Source of the DNA: Rhynchobatus australiae
Lineage: Eukaryota
Direction: 5' to 3'
DNA length: 64,000 nt
Assembly: GCA_034780895.1 (NCBI GenBank)
Contig: JAUZTB010000074.1
Span: 8,281,470 to 8,345,469 of the forward strand
Shown: positions 63,511-64,000 of the stretch, one piece after another
Position numbering within the stretch: position 1 is the first letter of the stretch
How the letters are laid out: every line of letters starts with the position of its first letter
The notes under the pieces: generated by a model
The model's input: the letters and a program-made list of their open reading frames with translations, nothing else
What the model was told of the DNA's origin: nothing
The model's database searches: none
Program-made: the position numbers and the translations under genes

Positions 63511-64000
63511 TATAATATATTGTCAGGGAAATTTATTTTAGTAATGCTGACTTTGGAGGGAAAATGCCCAAGTTACTCAGATGGAAAGAAAATTGCTTTA
63601 AAGAATTCATCCTGGCTGGAAAAGTATCTCTATTAATACAGAATTCTGTCAGTACTGCATTAAACTATCACATCATAATTGGTTTACAGTAGTCTTAATC
63701 AAAGTCTCAATGCATAGTGCATAATCCTTTCTGATTTATTCTTGACATGTCCACAACCTTTGATTTGTTTAATCTTGGTTGGATGTCAGAGTAGGATTGC
63801 CATTGCCTGTCTATCCAGTCACAGCCACACAATCTCCTGCAATGGCTTCTCTTTCCACTACGCCATTACATGTATCTAAATTTGCTTTTTCTTTTAATGT
63901 GCTACCCTCAGTGACATTATCTGAACATGATAGCCACATCTATGCTGGTAGCAAGCACTCCCTCACCACATTACTTTTCACTGTTCTAGTTTCTCTGTGT

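Noticed and set aside
1-64000. CRISPR arrays, rRNA/tRNA genes, operons or telomeric repeat arrays
   Set aside because: None seen; the tRNA-like A/B boxes belong to SINEs and the sequence is eukaryotic exon-intron DNA.

Overview
Vertebrate genomic DNA with many N-gaps. The repeat content (V-SINE/HE1-like, CR1, Rex1/Babar-like, Deu-SINE-like) points to a cartilaginous fish; this is an inference. Most of the window is a multi-exon CTC1 gene (CST telomere complex subunit) on the + strand, from ATG 2699 to at least 59532. Twenty exons can be traced with canonical splice sites and consistent phases. The equivalents of human exons 8, 18, 19 and the last exon are not visible and probably lie in gaps. 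A FAM174B-like first coding exon lies head-to-head on the - strand (60-319), and a single CEP162 exon lies on the - strand at 62437-62623. Most interesting observations: (1) a candidate nested antisense three-coding-exon gene in CTC1 intron 12 encoding a 117-aa single-pass membrane protein with a di-cysteine and a PxIxIT-like tail; (2) a family of short palindromic retroposons with target-site duplications and a minimal type-I hammerhead-ribozyme fold; (3) two intragenic promoter-like motif clusters; (4) a CEP162 exon whose downstream exons cannot be found, suggesting a misjoin or a gene fragment. Protein identifications rest on recalled human sequences, not database searches. Repeat boundaries are approximate.
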